The notes below the pieces were generated by a model, which ran no database searches, had not been told where the DNA came from, and was given only the letters and a program-made list of their open reading frames with translations. Of a stretch of 64,000 nt of DNA, positions 1-10,948 are shown piece by piece. Each line of letters starts with the position of its first letter. The first letter of the stretch is position 1. This DNA is from a bacterium. Its GTDB lineage: Bacteria > Bdellovibrionota_C > UBA2361 > CALJRW01. Made by a program: the position numbers and the translations under genes. The DNA lies in NCBI GenBank assembly GCA_031385045.1, contig JANNBC010000021.1, positions 1 through 64,000 on the forward strand, in the 5' to 3' direction.

Positions 1-1603
1 AACAGGTAAGATTAGTCCCCCAAATTTTGACTATCCAACCACTAGCACAGTTAATGCTGTAAATGGGAAGGTGCTTATTCGCTGGTCAACAGTTACTGGT
101 GCTATTGGGTACTTAGTAAGAGTGGATGATGTCACTACTACTAGAACTAGAATCTATGACTCTAATACCTATCTACAAAATTCTTATGAATTAACAGCAG
201 GGTCAGGCAGGACATATGAGTTCTGGGTACATGCTAAGGCTAGTAATTCCGATACTTATAGTGTGAAACAAGTTGTGGTGTTCACGGTAAGTGGAACTGT
301 GGCAACGCCAACTCCAACAGCGACTCCTCCAATCACCTGTGTTGGTGATTCTACTCAGACTTATCCGATAACTAATGGGACAGGAATAAAGACAAGAAAT
401 TGTGTTAATGGAGCCTGGACTGATTGGTTAACTTTTGCAGTGCTTAGTTGTAATGCAGGTTATCAATCTAATGGTACTGCTTGTGTGGCAATTCCAACAA
501 GCCCTCCGATTAGTAATAAGCAGTTACTAAAAATTATGCCTTTAGGGGACTCCATAACTTATGGAACTTTTCCTGGAGGGTATCGTAAAGAGCTTGCACG
601 CTTACTTACAAGTGCTGGTATTGGATTTGATTTTGTTGGTTCTTCTGCCTTAAATCCTGCACCAGGAGTTGATCCAGATCATAATGGTTATGTCGGTAAT
701 CGTACCGACGAAATTCTAAACCGCATGGATCCCTGGTTAGCAATTAATCCTGATGTAGTCTTTCTACATTTAGGTACTAATGATTTGATGCAAAAAAGAA
801 GTATTGGTGAGGCGATTTATAGTCTTGGTGGAATTATAGATAAACTTCTTTTTAATGCACCAACACGAATAATTTATGTCGCTACAATAATTCCGATCAT
901 TAATGCGGGAGACCGTACCCCAGCTCCAGGAGTAGTAGATGAATATAATGTTCGGGTAAGGAATCTTGTTCAAGGTTATGTAAATCTTGGGCGCAAAATA
1001 CGCTTAGTAGATCTAAATAACAAACTGATTTATCCAGTTCGAAATCCAATTATTAGTGTGGAAGATCCAGGGGATGGAATTCATCCTAGTTTTGCTGGGC
1101 ATACAGAACTGGGAAGACTTTGGTATAATGCATTTAGACTTGATTTTCCAGCTGAAACTCCAGCTACTAATCAATATCTACTAAATGGTAGTTTCGAATC
1201 TGATTTTTCGGGATGGATTAAATCAGGTAATGCTGTAATCCAAACTTATGCTCCGACCGAGGGACAAAAATTGATTGCTTTTAATACCGGCAACTCAACT
1301 CCTAATGGCCAACTAGTACAAACTTTTCCAACGATACCAGGTAAGACATATAACTTTTCATTTGATGCCGGAATGTTAGGAGTTACTGGAAATCAGCAAA
1401 GCTTACTAGTTACGATTCAAGGAACAAGCTCGCTTCTTTCTCAAACAATCTCTTTCACTGGTAGCACAAATAATAGTATCCAATGGAAATGTAATCAGTT
1501 TAGTTTTGTTGCTAATAGCAGTAGTACAGAATTAACTTTCCGTGATCAGTCACCGACTAGTATTTCTACAGATCTATTGCTTGATAATATTAAGGTCTAT
1601 TAA
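1..1603 (+). CDS. SGNH/GDSL hydrolase multidomain protein with FN3-like and C-terminal DUF642-like carbohydrate-binding domains; 5'-truncated by window edge
   Basis: Frame open from base 2; motifs IMPLGDSIT, LHLGTND, DGIHP; C-terminal LLNGSFE...LLLDNIKV beta-sandwich; PT-rich linker. Confidence 0.85.
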   Translation, partial: TGKISPPNFDYPTTSTVNAVNGKVLIRWSTVTGAIGYLVRVDDVTTTRTRIYDSNTYLQNSYELTAGSGRTYEFWVHAKASNSDTYSVKQVVVFTVSGTVATPTPTATPPITCVGDSTQTYPITNGTGIKTRNCVNGAWTDWLTFAVLSCNAGYQSNGTACVAIPTSPPISNKQLLKIMPLGDSITYGTFPGGYRKELARLLTSAGIGFDFVGSSALNPAPGVDPDHNGYVGNRTDEILNRMDPWLAINPDVVFLHLGTNDLMQKRSIGEAIYSLGGIIDKLLFNAPTRIIYVATIIPIINAGDRTPAPGVVDEYNVRVRNLVQGYVNLGRKIRLVDLNNKLIYPVRNPIISVEDPGDGIHPSFAGHTELGRLWYNAFRLDFPAETPATNQYLLNGSFESDFSGWIKSGNAVIQTYAPTEGQKLIAFNTGNSTPNGQLVQTFPTIPGKTYNFSFDAGMLGVTGNQQSLLVTIQGTSSLLSQTISFTGSTNNSIQWKCNQFSFVANSSSTELTFRDQSPTSISTDLLLDNIKVY

Positions 1604-1615
1604 TTAACTAAAAAA

Positions 1616-2455
1616 TTAAATTAAAAGATATTTTTCAGCAATCGCTTGAACTCCAGCAATACCAAATGCCTTAAAGCTAATAAGTTGCTCTAGTTTTGTG
1701 TTTAGTGGGTCACCATCTCCATGAACAATATGAATAACAGGCAGTCCTGCTGATAAGGCTGAGATGACTCCAGAGTTTGAATCTTCTACAGCAAAAAATT
1801 GGCTATAAGCTTTCGGGTTGTCAGGGAAGTATGCGGTATTTAGCCGATTTACAGCCTCGAGATAAAGATCAGGTTTAGGATTTTTTACTTCGTCACTAGT
1901 AACCCAAGAATTATTTTTAGTTAGAGATTGAATTGCAGTAAGACCAAAAAATATTCTTTGATTTAGAATTTCACGATCGCTGCTTTTGGATTGAGTGGCG
2001 ATGCCAAAGGGAATATCCTTATTGGCAAGTAATTCTAGAAAAGTATTCACACCTGGATAGGTTTTTATTTCACCACGTGTAATTGCCTCGGTTTCTAATT
2101 GTTTCCTTCTAGCTCTAAAGCGTTCCGCGAAGTGTAGAGTTTCTTCTTCGATTAACTGAAGCGTCTGTTCGCTTAGAGGCGAATCAAGTGATGTAGCTTT
2201 AGAAATTAAATTTACACGGTAGTCTGTGCTAAAGGTAGCATTTAGCAAGTCATTTCCTAGTGCTTCACTTATTCCAATAAGAAACTTACAAGCATTTTGG
2301 TGCACAGCTTTGCCAGTTAGTTCAGTTACTACTTTAGTGCTGGCAACTTGTCGCCAGGTATCTCTTGGTTCAAGAGTGTTATCTTTGTCGAAGATAATTC
2401 CGTGGAATTGAGTTCCTGGGTTTAGTGGCTTAATAGTTTGGAATAATTGTCTCAT
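1616..2455 (-). CDS. HAD-superfamily phosphatase (beta-phosphoglucomutase-like)
   Basis: IIFDKDNTL (DxD motif I), KPKPDLY, AVEDSNSG motifs. Confidence 0.85.
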   Translation of the reverse strand: MRQLFQTIKPLNPGTQFHGIIFDKDNTLEPRDTWRQVASTKVVTELTGKAVHQNACKFLIGISEALGNDLLNATFSTDYRVNLISKATSLDSPLSEQTLQLIEEETLHFAERFRARRKQLETEAITRGEIKTYPGVNTFLELLANKDIPFGIATQSKSSDREILNQRIFFGLTAIQSLTKNNSWVTSDEVKNPKPDLYLEAVNRLNTAYFPDNPKAYSQFFAVEDSNSGVISALSAGLPVIHIVHGDGDPLNTKLEQLISFKAFGIAGVQAIAEKYLLI

Positions 2456-2523
2456 GTTATCTCTACAAGAGATAATAACAAAAGTTAATTACTAAGATAC
2501 TAAGCTTTAAGATTTGATGAAAA

Positions 2524-2835
2524 CTAATTATTTATAATATTTTCAACAGCGCTAACCGCATCTAAATTAATGGAACCAAAAATATGGGGGAATCTCTGAT
2601 TGATCGTCGGCGATAATTCATATCTTAGTTCATTTAGTAATTTCTTTGGGTCAATCTCTAGCTTAACTAAATGTATCTTTCCTAAAAAATATCGTTCTAA
2701 AACTCCGGAAACTTGAGCTGCCGTACTGCAATGGATAAATCCTTCACGCGCAAGACTTTCATCTTGATAGAAGCCATTTACTTTGGCTTGCTCCCATGAT
2801 TCTTCTGTGGTGATGTGATAGATTTTAGTATTCAT
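2524..2835 (-). CDS. DUF952 family protein
   Basis: IYHI, EGFIHCST, FPHIFG motifs. Confidence 0.9.
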   Translation of the reverse strand: MNTKIYHITTEESWEQAKVNGFYQDESLAREGFIHCSTAAQVSGVLERYFLGKIHLVKLEIDPKKLLNELRYELSPTINQRFPHIFGSINLDAVSAVENIINN

Positions 2836-2908
2836 CAGAAGTTTTAATATCAGCGATTATCTTAGAGTTTAAATTTTTATCTTGATAATAAAATCTAGCA
2901 TTCATTAC

Positions 2909-3481
2909 TTAAGGGCAGGCAGCACTTAACCATTGAGGTTTGGTATTATATTGTGAACCATCAGTCCAAGTGTAGCTATATTGAACATAGTAATTATGAT
3001 TTCTATCCGTAATACTGCAGTCGATGAGTTGAAATGCCAGACCATAAGTATGAGGGTGAGCTCCGCCTGAGCCAGTATTCATTTGCTCACTATAGTCTGT
3101 TAAGCCACCCCAGCCAGCAGGGGGATCAAGGATATCTCTGGAATAAATTTGAGCTATTTCATCTGGGCTTAATATGTTGAAATTAGATGTACCTCCAGCT
3201 CCACCAATCGTTGCTGAGACTTGTAGTCGACCATCGTTAATTGGACGACTTGGCCACCATTGAACTGTAAAGTTTGTCGCAACTGGCCCCATGCGATCAG
3301 CGGCCATGTCTCTGGCAACTTGGCTAGCAGTGACAAAGCTATTTAAAGCCATTACCATTTGTGCCTTTTTTGCCGAATCAGCAAACTGACGATATCCGGC
3401 AATCGAGATGGCTGATAAAATACCAATAACTGCTGTCGTTACTAGAAGTTCCACTAAAGTAAAAGCTTTTTGCTGGCTCAT
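2909..3481 (-). CDS. Type IV pilin-like protein (prepilin cleavage/methylation N-terminus)
   Basis: KA|FTLVELLV class III signal with E5 and hydrophobic helix. Confidence 0.85.
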   Translation of the reverse strand: MSQQKAFTLVELLVTTAVIGILSAISIAGYRQFADSAKKAQMVMALNSFVTASQVARDMAADRMGPVATNFTVQWWPSRPINDGRLQVSATIGGAGGTSNFNILSPDEIAQIYSRDILDPPAGWGGLTDYSEQMNTGSGGAHPHTYGLAFQLIDCSITDRNHNYYVQYSYTWTDGSQYNTKPQWLSAACP

Positions 3482-3647
3482 AAAGAAAAGATTAACTCAC
3501 AGCTAATAATAACATATCTTATCTATTGCTAATAGAGATTAAGATTTAAGTATGACAGTCAGCTATAATTGTTCCTGACAAGTGACTTTTTTAAGATGAA
3601 GGGATTGTAAAACTAGAGTTTACTAGTTTATTCCAGATAGAGATAAC

Positions 3648-3685
3648 TTACTCCATGTTTTACTTGCCAGTAAAACATGGAGTAA
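3648..3685. terminator. 17-bp perfect hairpin just downstream of the helicase-like gene
   Basis: ttactccatgttttact-tgcc-agtaaaacatggagtaa. Confidence 0.6.
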
Positions 3686-3696
3686 AGATAAAGATT

Positions 3697-4899
3697 TTAT
3701 TCTTCTTCGTCAGAGCCAGCTTGTTTTGAAGCAGTTGACGGACTTGCGCCAGTCTCATTTTGATCAGCTTTAATATAAATCGTAGCTGCTTTTTTAAAGA
3801 TTAATTTCTCACCGCTATCAAGATGAAATCCATCTAGGATATCAATCAGCCCAGCCGCATTTTCTTTTAAGATATCAACAAAAGCATAGGCTCCACGATC
3901 AGTATACTTAGCAAGGTGTTCCACAGGCATATTGGCCGCTTCATTCATCAGCTTAGTTACTTTAGTTTCATCAATGTCCGAAGGATTATCTGAGCCAACA
4001 TAGAAACGACAATATTCAATTTTTGGAATATTGCGACTAATGATTCTTGCTTCTAATTCTTTATAATCATCTTGTGAGCGATTGTCTTGTTGATCGCGAT
4101 CGCCTCTATCACTTCGATCTCCACGATCGTTTCGATCTCCGCGACGGTTAAAGCCAGAAGCACTATTTGTTGCCTTAACTTTCATCTCTGGTAACACATT
4201 AATTGTGTTATGGATGAAGTACTTTAGCAGTGCATCAAAATCAGCAGATGCTTTAATATTTGTAACAAGCTCATCTAAGCTTTTAGAAACGCTTTCAGAA
4301 TAAGCACAAGCTTTAGCATCATTAATGATTTGCTTAAATTGCGCTTCATGAATTTCAGAGCTACTTGGTAATTCCACATGTTTGATTTCAAAATCAATCA
4401 CTTTTTTTAAATAATGAAAATGGCCATGATCTAATGGGCTAATCAAGTTAATTATTGTTGCAAGTTTTGACTTGCTATCAGTGACTAAAGTTCTATGAAT
4501 ATAGACTTCTGGATCTTCATGGATTGCGTAGTTTACTAATCTAGAAAACTTAGAGCATTCTAGTTCACGACCGGAAATATCAGTCACAATTAAAACCTGA
4601 ATTTCGCCGTCGATAACCTGAGTTGCTACTGCCTGTACTTTAGAAGTTGGAACGCGACCAATCAGTTTGCGACAAGAAATCTGTCTTTTGTTAAGAATTA
4701 CCTCTAATAGGTCCGCTTCTGAGGGTTGATTACAAAAAACAACAGTTGGTTGTGGGTTAGTGATTAAGATATCGCCAAGTGAATTTGGCTTAGCTAGCAG
4801 GTCGCTTTCGATTTCATAGTAAATATGATTTAATTCAACCGGTGAAGCTGGGGTAGACTCGCTAGAGTTATCAGTGGAAATGTTTAATTCTTCGTTCAT
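3697..4899 (-). CDS. Degenerate DEAD-box helicase C-terminal half (RecA2 plus DbpA-like RNA-binding domain), no DEAD domain
   Basis: VVFCN, LIVTDISGRELE, LVNYAIHEDPEVYIHRT resemble motifs IV-VI; RGDR repeats; C-terminal RFYVG...YAFVDI. Confidence 0.7.
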   Translation of the reverse strand: MNEELNISTDNSSESTPASPVELNHIYYEIESDLLAKPNSLGDILITNPQPTVVFCNQPSEADLLEVILNKRQISCRKLIGRVPTSKVQAVATQVIDGEIQVLIVTDISGRELECSKFSRLVNYAIHEDPEVYIHRTLVTDSKSKLATIINLISPLDHGHFHYLKKVIDFEIKHVELPSSSEIHEAQFKQIINDAKACAYSESVSKSLDELVTNIKASADFDALLKYFIHNTINVLPEMKVKATNSASGFNRRGDRNDRGDRSDRGDRDQQDNRSQDDYKELEARIISRNIPKIEYCRFYVGSDNPSDIDETKVTKLMNEAANMPVEHLAKYTDRGAYAFVDILKENAAGLIDILDGFHLDSGEKLIFKKAATIYIKADQNETGASPSTASKQAGSDEEE

Positions 4900-4945
4900 G
4901 TATAAATTTTTGATAAAAATTAAGTTGTTATCTGTAGGTAGAAAT

Positions 4946-6124
4946 TTGAGATTTAGTCATTTAATAGCTTACTGTTGCTTACTGACTTTAGTTTTTGCAG
5001 GATGCAATTTTCAAGTTCCGTCATCAGAAACAAAAGATTCCAGTCTAGCAACGAATAGAACCCACAGAAGCGAACATAGTAATGTTAAGTCTAGCCAAAG
5101 TCAATTCATGAACTTGACTGAACTAGCTGAAATCAGGGGACTTTGGGATAATTTGCGCTATAAATCGCTTGATTTTAGTACTTTTAAACCTAAAACTTCA
5201 ATTCCCATAATTTTGAATCAGGAAGACCTAATTCTTATTTCAAATGCAGCGGGAGAAGCCGAGCTTTGCAAACTAGATAATACCTGTGCCACTTTAAATG
5301 TTGAACACTTAGAATTAAAACATTTTACTTGGCATAATTCCGGCAAAATTGCCTTTAGTGCCAAGAGGGACCATTTGGTGGTGTATGATTTACTGCACCA
5401 TCATCTGATTAATGCCTCGCCCAAGCTTGCAGATCGACTCTCTGTGCTGAGTTTTTCGGAGGACGGTAGTTCTGTCCTAGCAGGTACATTAACTGGTAAA
5501 ATTTATAATTGGTACTATCTGCCAACGTCTAAGACTATTTATTCTCAATTAACGCGTTATTCTGGATTAGTCTCGATCTTAAAACAAATCTTAGTACACC
5601 CTAGCGATCGAGTCTTTTTTACGATTGATCTACAAGGTAAGTTAAGTGCTTGGCAGAATTTTGAGGCGACTCCTTTTGCTTACGAACAAAGAGATAATCC
5701 ATTCGATCCAGTCTTTTGGTCAGAGCAAGCAATTAGATTACGTCAACAACTCGGCACGGATGTTGAGGAAATTTTTCAAAATAAATCAGGAGAGAAACTA
5801 TTAATTCACTTCAAAGATGGCCGAGTTGATTTATGGAATCTGCGTGGATTCAAAAGACTATGCCAATTTGATTTGCCAAAAGTTAAGAAAGTTTTCATGA
5901 CTCCAAATTGGGATCGGGTAATTATTCAAAGTAAAGAAGAAACGATCCTCACGAGCTTAGAGCAAATCCATGCAACTGACATTGAAAATTCCTTTGCTAA
6001 GTTTTGTCCCGAACTTAAGATCCACGATCGTTTACCATCAAGTAATTTCCAAGATTTAGTTTTGGTAAATCAGATTATTTATGGTTTAACACCCAATGGC
6101 TTTATTAAACTTCCAGCACAATGA
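4946..6124 (+). CDS. WD40/beta-propeller putative lipoprotein
   Basis: Repeats such as LSFSEDGSSVLAGTLTGKIYNW and DGRVDLWNL; lipobox FAGC; TTG 4946 chosen as start to avoid overlap with the divergent gene. Confidence 0.65.
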   Translation: MRFSHLIAYCCLLTLVFAGCNFQVPSSETKDSSLATNRTHRSEHSNVKSSQSQFMNLTELAEIRGLWDNLRYKSLDFSTFKPKTSIPIILNQEDLILISNAAGEAELCKLDNTCATLNVEHLELKHFTWHNSGKIAFSAKRDHLVVYDLLHHHLINASPKLADRLSVLSFSEDGSSVLAGTLTGKIYNWYYLPTSKTIYSQLTRYSGLVSILKQILVHPSDRVFFTIDLQGKLSAWQNFEATPFAYEQRDNPFDPVFWSEQAIRLRQQLGTDVEEIFQNKSGEKLLIHFKDGRVDLWNLRGFKRLCQFDLPKVKKVFMTPNWDRVIIQSKEETILTSLEQIHATDIENSFAKFCPELKIHDRLPSSNFQDLVLVNQIIYGLTPNGFIKLPAQ

Positions 6125-6585
6125 AAAAATATATTTTATTACTGATTATTTTTGTTCTAGTAATCTTAGATCAGACGAGTAAAATCATGATTGAAGATTA
6201 TTTCGCTGTTGGCGAAGATTTATCAATCATTCCTGGTTTTTTTAATTTAGTCCTAGTCTACAACAAGGGTGTTGCCTTTGGAATGATGTCCAATTGGGAT
6301 GAAGCAACACGTCAACTATTACTAGTTGGAATTGGATTGTTAGCTAGTATTATGATTATTTGGATGTATTTTAAAGAGTACCGTGGATCAAAACTAGGTT
6401 CATTGTGTTTGGCCTTAATTGTAGCTGGAGCCCTAGGAAATATTGTCGATCGAATTCGAATTGGTAAAGTTGTTGATTTCTTAGATTTTCATTTAGCGGC
6501 TAACCACTGGCCAGCTTTTAATTTTGCAGACAGTTACATTTGTGTTGGAGTAGTAGTTTTAATGTTTGTAAAGACTAAGAAGTAA
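6121..6585 (+). CDS. lspA: Lipoprotein signal peptidase II
   Basis: NKGVAFG, GALGNIVDR, VVDFLD, FNFADS motifs. Confidence 0.97.
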   Translation: MKKYILLLIIFVLVILDQTSKIMIEDYFAVGEDLSIIPGFFNLVLVYNKGVAFGMMSNWDEATRQLLLVGIGLLASIMIIWMYFKEYRGSKLGSLCLALIVAGALGNIVDRIRIGKVVDFLDFHLAANHWPAFNFADSYICVGVVVLMFVKTKK

Positions 6586-6596
6586 ACATAAGACAA

Positions 6597-9152
6597 CTAC
6601 TTATTTTTATTAGCTTTGATCCGAGGCTTAAAAATTCCTCTTGCTAGTTTTTTATAATTTAATTCCCAGGTGTCATCTGGCAAGGTTTTTCGCTTAGAGC
6701 TAAGGGAGTCGCTACTAAGGTAAATTTTTAAATTATTTGTTTTGCCCTGAGCTAGATTAAGTGCAGAATGCCCTTGTCCAAATTGTAGAATGTTTGTTCC
6801 GGGGGTTACATTATAAATTTTAAGGATCTTAATTTTTGGTGGTATTTGAGCATATTCTAATGCTTTAAATACTTGGCGATTTTCTTTCCCGCTTAGTAAG
6901 TACCAATTAGTTTGGCTGGACATGGAAGTGCTAAAGTTATTAAAAAACAAAATTCCTAAGACTGAAGCGCTAGCAAGCAGGCGAGTTGGTAGTTCTAAAT
7001 TTGGATTGTGATCTAATAATTTTCTTAAACAAAACGCTAATCCAATAAAAATCCAAATCGATGGGAGATAGAGGTATAGCTCATGCTGCATGTTGACAAG
7101 TGGTAGCACAGGAAGAAGTGTGAGGAGGAAAAGTACTAGAAAAAATATACCGCTTAGTTTAATCAGGCGCTGACCAATAATCGCTATTGGAATAGTGTAA
7201 ATCGCCCAAAAAGACAGTGTGCCAATTACTCCAGCAATTGTTGCTAGTTTAAAGACTTGTCCTGGGGCTCCTAAATCTGAAAAAAGGTAGAGATACTTGA
7301 GGGTATTGCTAAACAGATTCCCAGGATTCATCGATGTGAAATAAGCCTGATCTGGAGCTTGGAATTCTGTAACGGCTTGGGACCTGAGATAGACGAGATA
7401 GAGAATATAGGCAAATGAAATTAATACTGGCAGCGCATTGCATTTGATAATGAAAAAATATTTCTTAAAATCAATTTTATTTTCTTGGATTTGAAAGAGA
7501 AAGATATCTAATAATAAAGCAGTGGAGGGAAATAATAATGTCGATTCTTTGGTGCGCGCCATGCCAATTACTAAGCAGCTTAGTAATAGTATCCGCCATA
7601 TCTTTGTTTTAGATAAAAACCCTGAAAAATAAACTAATAAATAGCTAAGGACAAAAGTTGCTCCTAGCAGATCGAAGGCAGCTGAGATCCATTGAACGGG
7701 GATATTGGTTTGGGGCCAGATTAAAAAAAGTCCTGCTACAAAAATTGCTACCAGTGAAATTCTAGCGTTTTTTGGGCAGGTAATTTTACCAACGACAAGT
7801 GTCAGTAGAAATCCATTTAGAATATGAATTAAAAAAAGTATCAGATGTTGGACTCGGTAATTACCACCAAAGCAATCAGCGAGTATTTTATAGAAAACTT
7901 GTCCAAAAGGCCGGTCATTATACATTGTTTGAGGAATGAAGCTTAGAAAGCTAGTCAGATCTTTTTGGACCCAAAGAAAAAGATGGGAGAAATCATCAGC
8001 AAAATAGAAATGGTTGGGGCTAAACAACCAGTTAAAGTTAACTAAGCCAATAGCTAATAGTAGTAATAAGGTAGCGAATCTTCGGGGACCCTCAGATCTA
8101 AATTGATAGAAGGCCTTTCTTAAGATGATTGCTGGAATGACTGCAATTAAAGTATGGAAAACCCAATATCCAGTATGTTTAGCCAGCGGTACTAGGGCAT
8201 ATAATTGTTCCTCGGGAACGATTCCTAGTCCATAGAGGATTAGATATCCTAGTCTAAAAAATAAAAAGTGTCCGCACATAATCCAGAGACTGGCGACACC
8301 ACAGGCCTGCAGGGCTGGGCTAAGGAACTTAAGATATCTTTCAATAAACTTAGCGAGAGAAATTAATAGTAATATTCCAATCAGACCATTACTAAAAATT
8401 AACCAAGGAGATTCAAATTTACGTCCAGCAAAATCAACAAAGAACCAAGTGTTTTTTAAAATCCAATTAATTACAAAAATAAGTGGAATCCACCCCCAAG
8501 CTAAGATTTGATACTTAGATAAATAAATTTCTGGTTTAGTTTGGCGAAAGAGATATCCAGGGATAATGAACGCTAGCGCCATGGGAATCATGTCGATCAT
8601 ATAAGCCAAGTGGATTTTTCCCTGATTTAGATAGAATGTAGTGATTAGGCAAAGAGCAGTCGTTAAGATTAAGTAGTAATTGGTATATTTATTTGTTTCA
8701 AGAACTTTTAGGATGCCTTGAAAAGTAACTAAGGCCACAAAAAGAGCGATTAAGAACCAAGTTGCCCCACCAATATCTTCTGTCGATTTTGTTAATAAGA
8801 TATTATTAAATTGGGTTAAAAGATCGAAACTATCTGTTGGCTTAAAGAATAGATCTATTTGGTAACGTTCTACGAAGTAATGAATTAAAACAAAAATCGC
8901 ATTAAAAATCCAAAATGGCAGGATTAAGGTTTTTATTTTTTTTAGTAAAAAGTTAGCAAAGGGTTCGTTTGTATTGCTAGTATAGCCTGCGATAAAAAAG
9001 AAGGCGGCGATATGAAATAGATAAACTGAGGCGGGCCAAAAACTATTAGTATGGCCAAGGACGATAGCCAGAATCGCCAGACCCTTATAAATATCAACCC
9101 AAGTTTGTCGAGTTTTATTTGGGAAAGAGGAGGATTGAATTTCTTCTGGCAT
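6597..9152 (-). CDS. Acyltransferase-3 (OafA-like) fused to a GT-C-like polytopic membrane domain
   Basis: N-terminal WVDIYKGLAILAIVLGH, FHIAAFFFIAGY, TWFLIALF; second half has ADDF, RPFG, TKES, YLYLPS motifs. Confidence 0.7.
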   Translation of the reverse strand: MPEEIQSSSFPNKTRQTWVDIYKGLAILAIVLGHTNSFWPASVYLFHIAAFFFIAGYTSNTNEPFANFLLKKIKTLILPFWIFNAIFVLIHYFVERYQIDLFFKPTDSFDLLTQFNNILLTKSTEDIGGATWFLIALFVALVTFQGILKVLETNKYTNYYLILTTALCLITTFYLNQGKIHLAYMIDMIPMALAFIIPGYLFRQTKPEIYLSKYQILAWGWIPLIFVINWILKNTWFFVDFAGRKFESPWLIFSNGLIGILLLISLAKFIERYLKFLSPALQACGVASLWIMCGHFLFFRLGYLILYGLGIVPEEQLYALVPLAKHTGYWVFHTLIAVIPAIILRKAFYQFRSEGPRRFATLLLLLAIGLVNFNWLFSPNHFYFADDFSHLFLWVQKDLTSFLSFIPQTMYNDRPFGQVFYKILADCFGGNYRVQHLILFLIHILNGFLLTLVVGKITCPKNARISLVAIFVAGLFLIWPQTNIPVQWISAAFDLLGATFVLSYLLVYFSGFLSKTKIWRILLLSCLVIGMARTKESTLLFPSTALLLDIFLFQIQENKIDFKKYFFIIKCNALPVLISFAYILYLVYLRSQAVTEFQAPDQAYFTSMNPGNLFSNTLKYLYLFSDLGAPGQVFKLATIAGVIGTLSFWAIYTIPIAIIGQRLIKLSGIFFLVLFLLTLLPVLPLVNMQHELYLYLPSIWIFIGLAFCLRKLLDHNPNLELPTRLLASASVLGILFFNNFSTSMSSQTNWYLLSGKENRQVFKALEYAQIPPKIKILKIYNVTPGTNILQFGQGHSALNLAQGKTNNLKIYLSSDSLSSKRKTLPDDTWELNYKKLARGIFKPRIKANKNK

Positions 9153-9210
9153 TAAATTTGGTCAATTGGAAATAAGACACAAGAAGAAATTATTCAGCTA
9201 ATTGTGATTT

Positions 9211-9684
9211 TTATTTTGCTAAAGCTAGCTTCGCTAGTTCCGCTCGATATTTAGTTAATTGTTTGGATAACTCTTGGTCACTTGTTGCTAATATTTTAGT
9301 CGCTAAAATTCCCGCATTTTTTGCGGCATTTAGAGCTACTGTAGCTACTGGAACACCATTGGGCATTTGTAAGATTGAGAGAACTGAGTCCCAGCCATCT
9401 AGTGAATTGTTTGATTTGATTGGCACGCCAATAACTGGAAGGATTGTAAGTGATGCTACCATACCTGGTAGGTGAGCCGCTCCCCCAGCTCCAGCAATGA
9501 TAATTTTAATCCCTCGACCCTCAGCTGATTTAGCATATTCAAACATTCTTTCGGGGGTGCGATGAGCCGAAACAATTTCAACTTCATGGGTGATTTTAAA
9601 TTTCTTTAAAATTTCGGCAGCCTCTTTCATGATCGGCAGATCCGATTTGCTACCCATAATAATTCCAACTTGAATCTTTTTCAT
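9211..9684 (-). CDS. purE: N5-carboxyaminoimidazole ribonucleotide mutase
   Basis: [26 protein letters not shown]. Confidence 0.98.
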   Translation of the reverse strand: MKKIQVGIIMGSKSDLPIMKEAAEILKKFKITHEVEIVSAHRTPERMFEYAKSAEGRGIKIIIAGAGGAAHLPGMVASLTILPVIGVPIKSNNSLDGWDSVLSILQMPNGVPVATVALNAAKNAGILATKILATSDQELSKQLTKYRAELAKLALAK

Positions 9685-10811
9685 GCTTGTACCTTTATTG
9701 CAGTTTGCAGAATCTTGGCTTGCTTGATTGCGGAAGTCAAGTCAGTTGCCAGAATTGTAATGTGTCCCATTTTTCTTCCCGGGCGAGTTTGTTTTTTCCC
9801 GTAAAGATGTAGGAATACTCCCGGGGTTTGGATCGAATTTAAACCTTGGTAATCTGGTAGCCCCGAATAACCTTCTGCTCCGAGAATATTAATCATTACT
9901 GCCGGGGAATTTAATTCTGTAGAGCCTAGAGGCAAATCTAAAAGGCAACGCAGTAATTGTTGATATTGTGAACTTGTACAGGCTTCAATTGTATGATGTC
10001 CGCTATTATGAGGGCGAGGTGACATTTCGTTAATCAAAATCTCTCCTGATTTTGTGAGAAATAATTCGATTGCCAGGATTCCAATTAAGTTAAGTTTTGT
10101 AGCAATTTCTTCGGCTAAGTTTTTAATTATTAAAATTTGTTTGGCAGTGCAAGTACTTGGGCAGAAAAGTAGATCTACTAAATGAAGTGCTGGATCCATT
10201 GTCATTTCAATCGGGTCAAAAGTTTTAATTTCTCCAGACTGATTACGCACGACAATAATAGCTAGTTCACGATCGATATCAACAAGTTCTTCTCTGAGGG
10301 ATTCTCCTTGAAAGGCTTGCGCTAAATCACTCTCATTTTTTAGAACCCTAACTCCATGACCATCATAGCCACCAACTCTAATTTTTTGTACAAAAGGTAG
10401 GTGAGCTAGTAACTCAGTTTTTGAGGAGCTACTAGGAATTAGTTGAAAAGGGGAAGTTGGAAAATTGTTATCTACTAAGAATTTTTTTTGCTTAGCCTTG
10501 TCTTGGATCATTTCAATAATTTCTGGATCAGGAATGACCTTTACCCCATGTTGCTGGAGTCGACGTAAGCCAGCAACAGAAACTTTTTCGATTTCAATTG
10601 TAATTAGATCTAAGTCCTTACCAAATTCAAAAACTTGCTCAGCATCTTCGATATCTCCCACTGTAAAATTTTGGCAAAGTGCGCGACATGGTGCTTCGGG
10701 GTCGGGATCGATGATTTGGAGATCGAGGCCCCAGTCATTGGCCGAGTTAATTAGCATCCGACCTAATTGCCCTCCGCCTAGAACTCCAATTTTTAATTGA
10801 TTAATCTTCAT
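9681..10811 (-). CDS. purK: N5-carboxyaminoimidazole ribonucleotide synthase
   Basis: [32 protein letters not shown]; adjacent to purE. Confidence 0.97.
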   Translation of the reverse strand: MKINQLKIGVLGGGQLGRMLINSANDWGLDLQIIDPDPEAPCRALCQNFTVGDIEDAEQVFEFGKDLDLITIEIEKVSVAGLRRLQQHGVKVIPDPEIIEMIQDKAKQKKFLVDNNFPTSPFQLIPSSSSKTELLAHLPFVQKIRVGGYDGHGVRVLKNESDLAQAFQGESLREELVDIDRELAIIVVRNQSGEIKTFDPIEMTMDPALHLVDLLFCPSTCTAKQILIIKNLAEEIATKLNLIGILAIELFLTKSGEILINEMSPRPHNSGHHTIEACTSSQYQQLLRCLLDLPLGSTELNSPAVMINILGAEGYSGLPDYQGLNSIQTPGVFLHLYGKKQTRPGRKMGHITILATDLTSAIKQAKILQTAIKVQA

Positions 10812-10900
10812 TAATTAATTTTTTAGCTTTGATTGAAAACCTAAGACTATAGCAGGAAGCTGGTGCTTTGCCAAAATTAATTTGGTAAAGCTAGATTTTC

Positions 10901-10932
10901 GCGAGCTTCAACTCTGTGATGTTGAAGCTCGC
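10901..10932 (-). terminator. Hairpin after the trypsin-like protease gene
   Basis: gcgagcttcaac-N8-gttgaagctcgc. Confidence 0.55.
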
Positions 10933-10948
10933 ATGTAGATAGTGGCTG

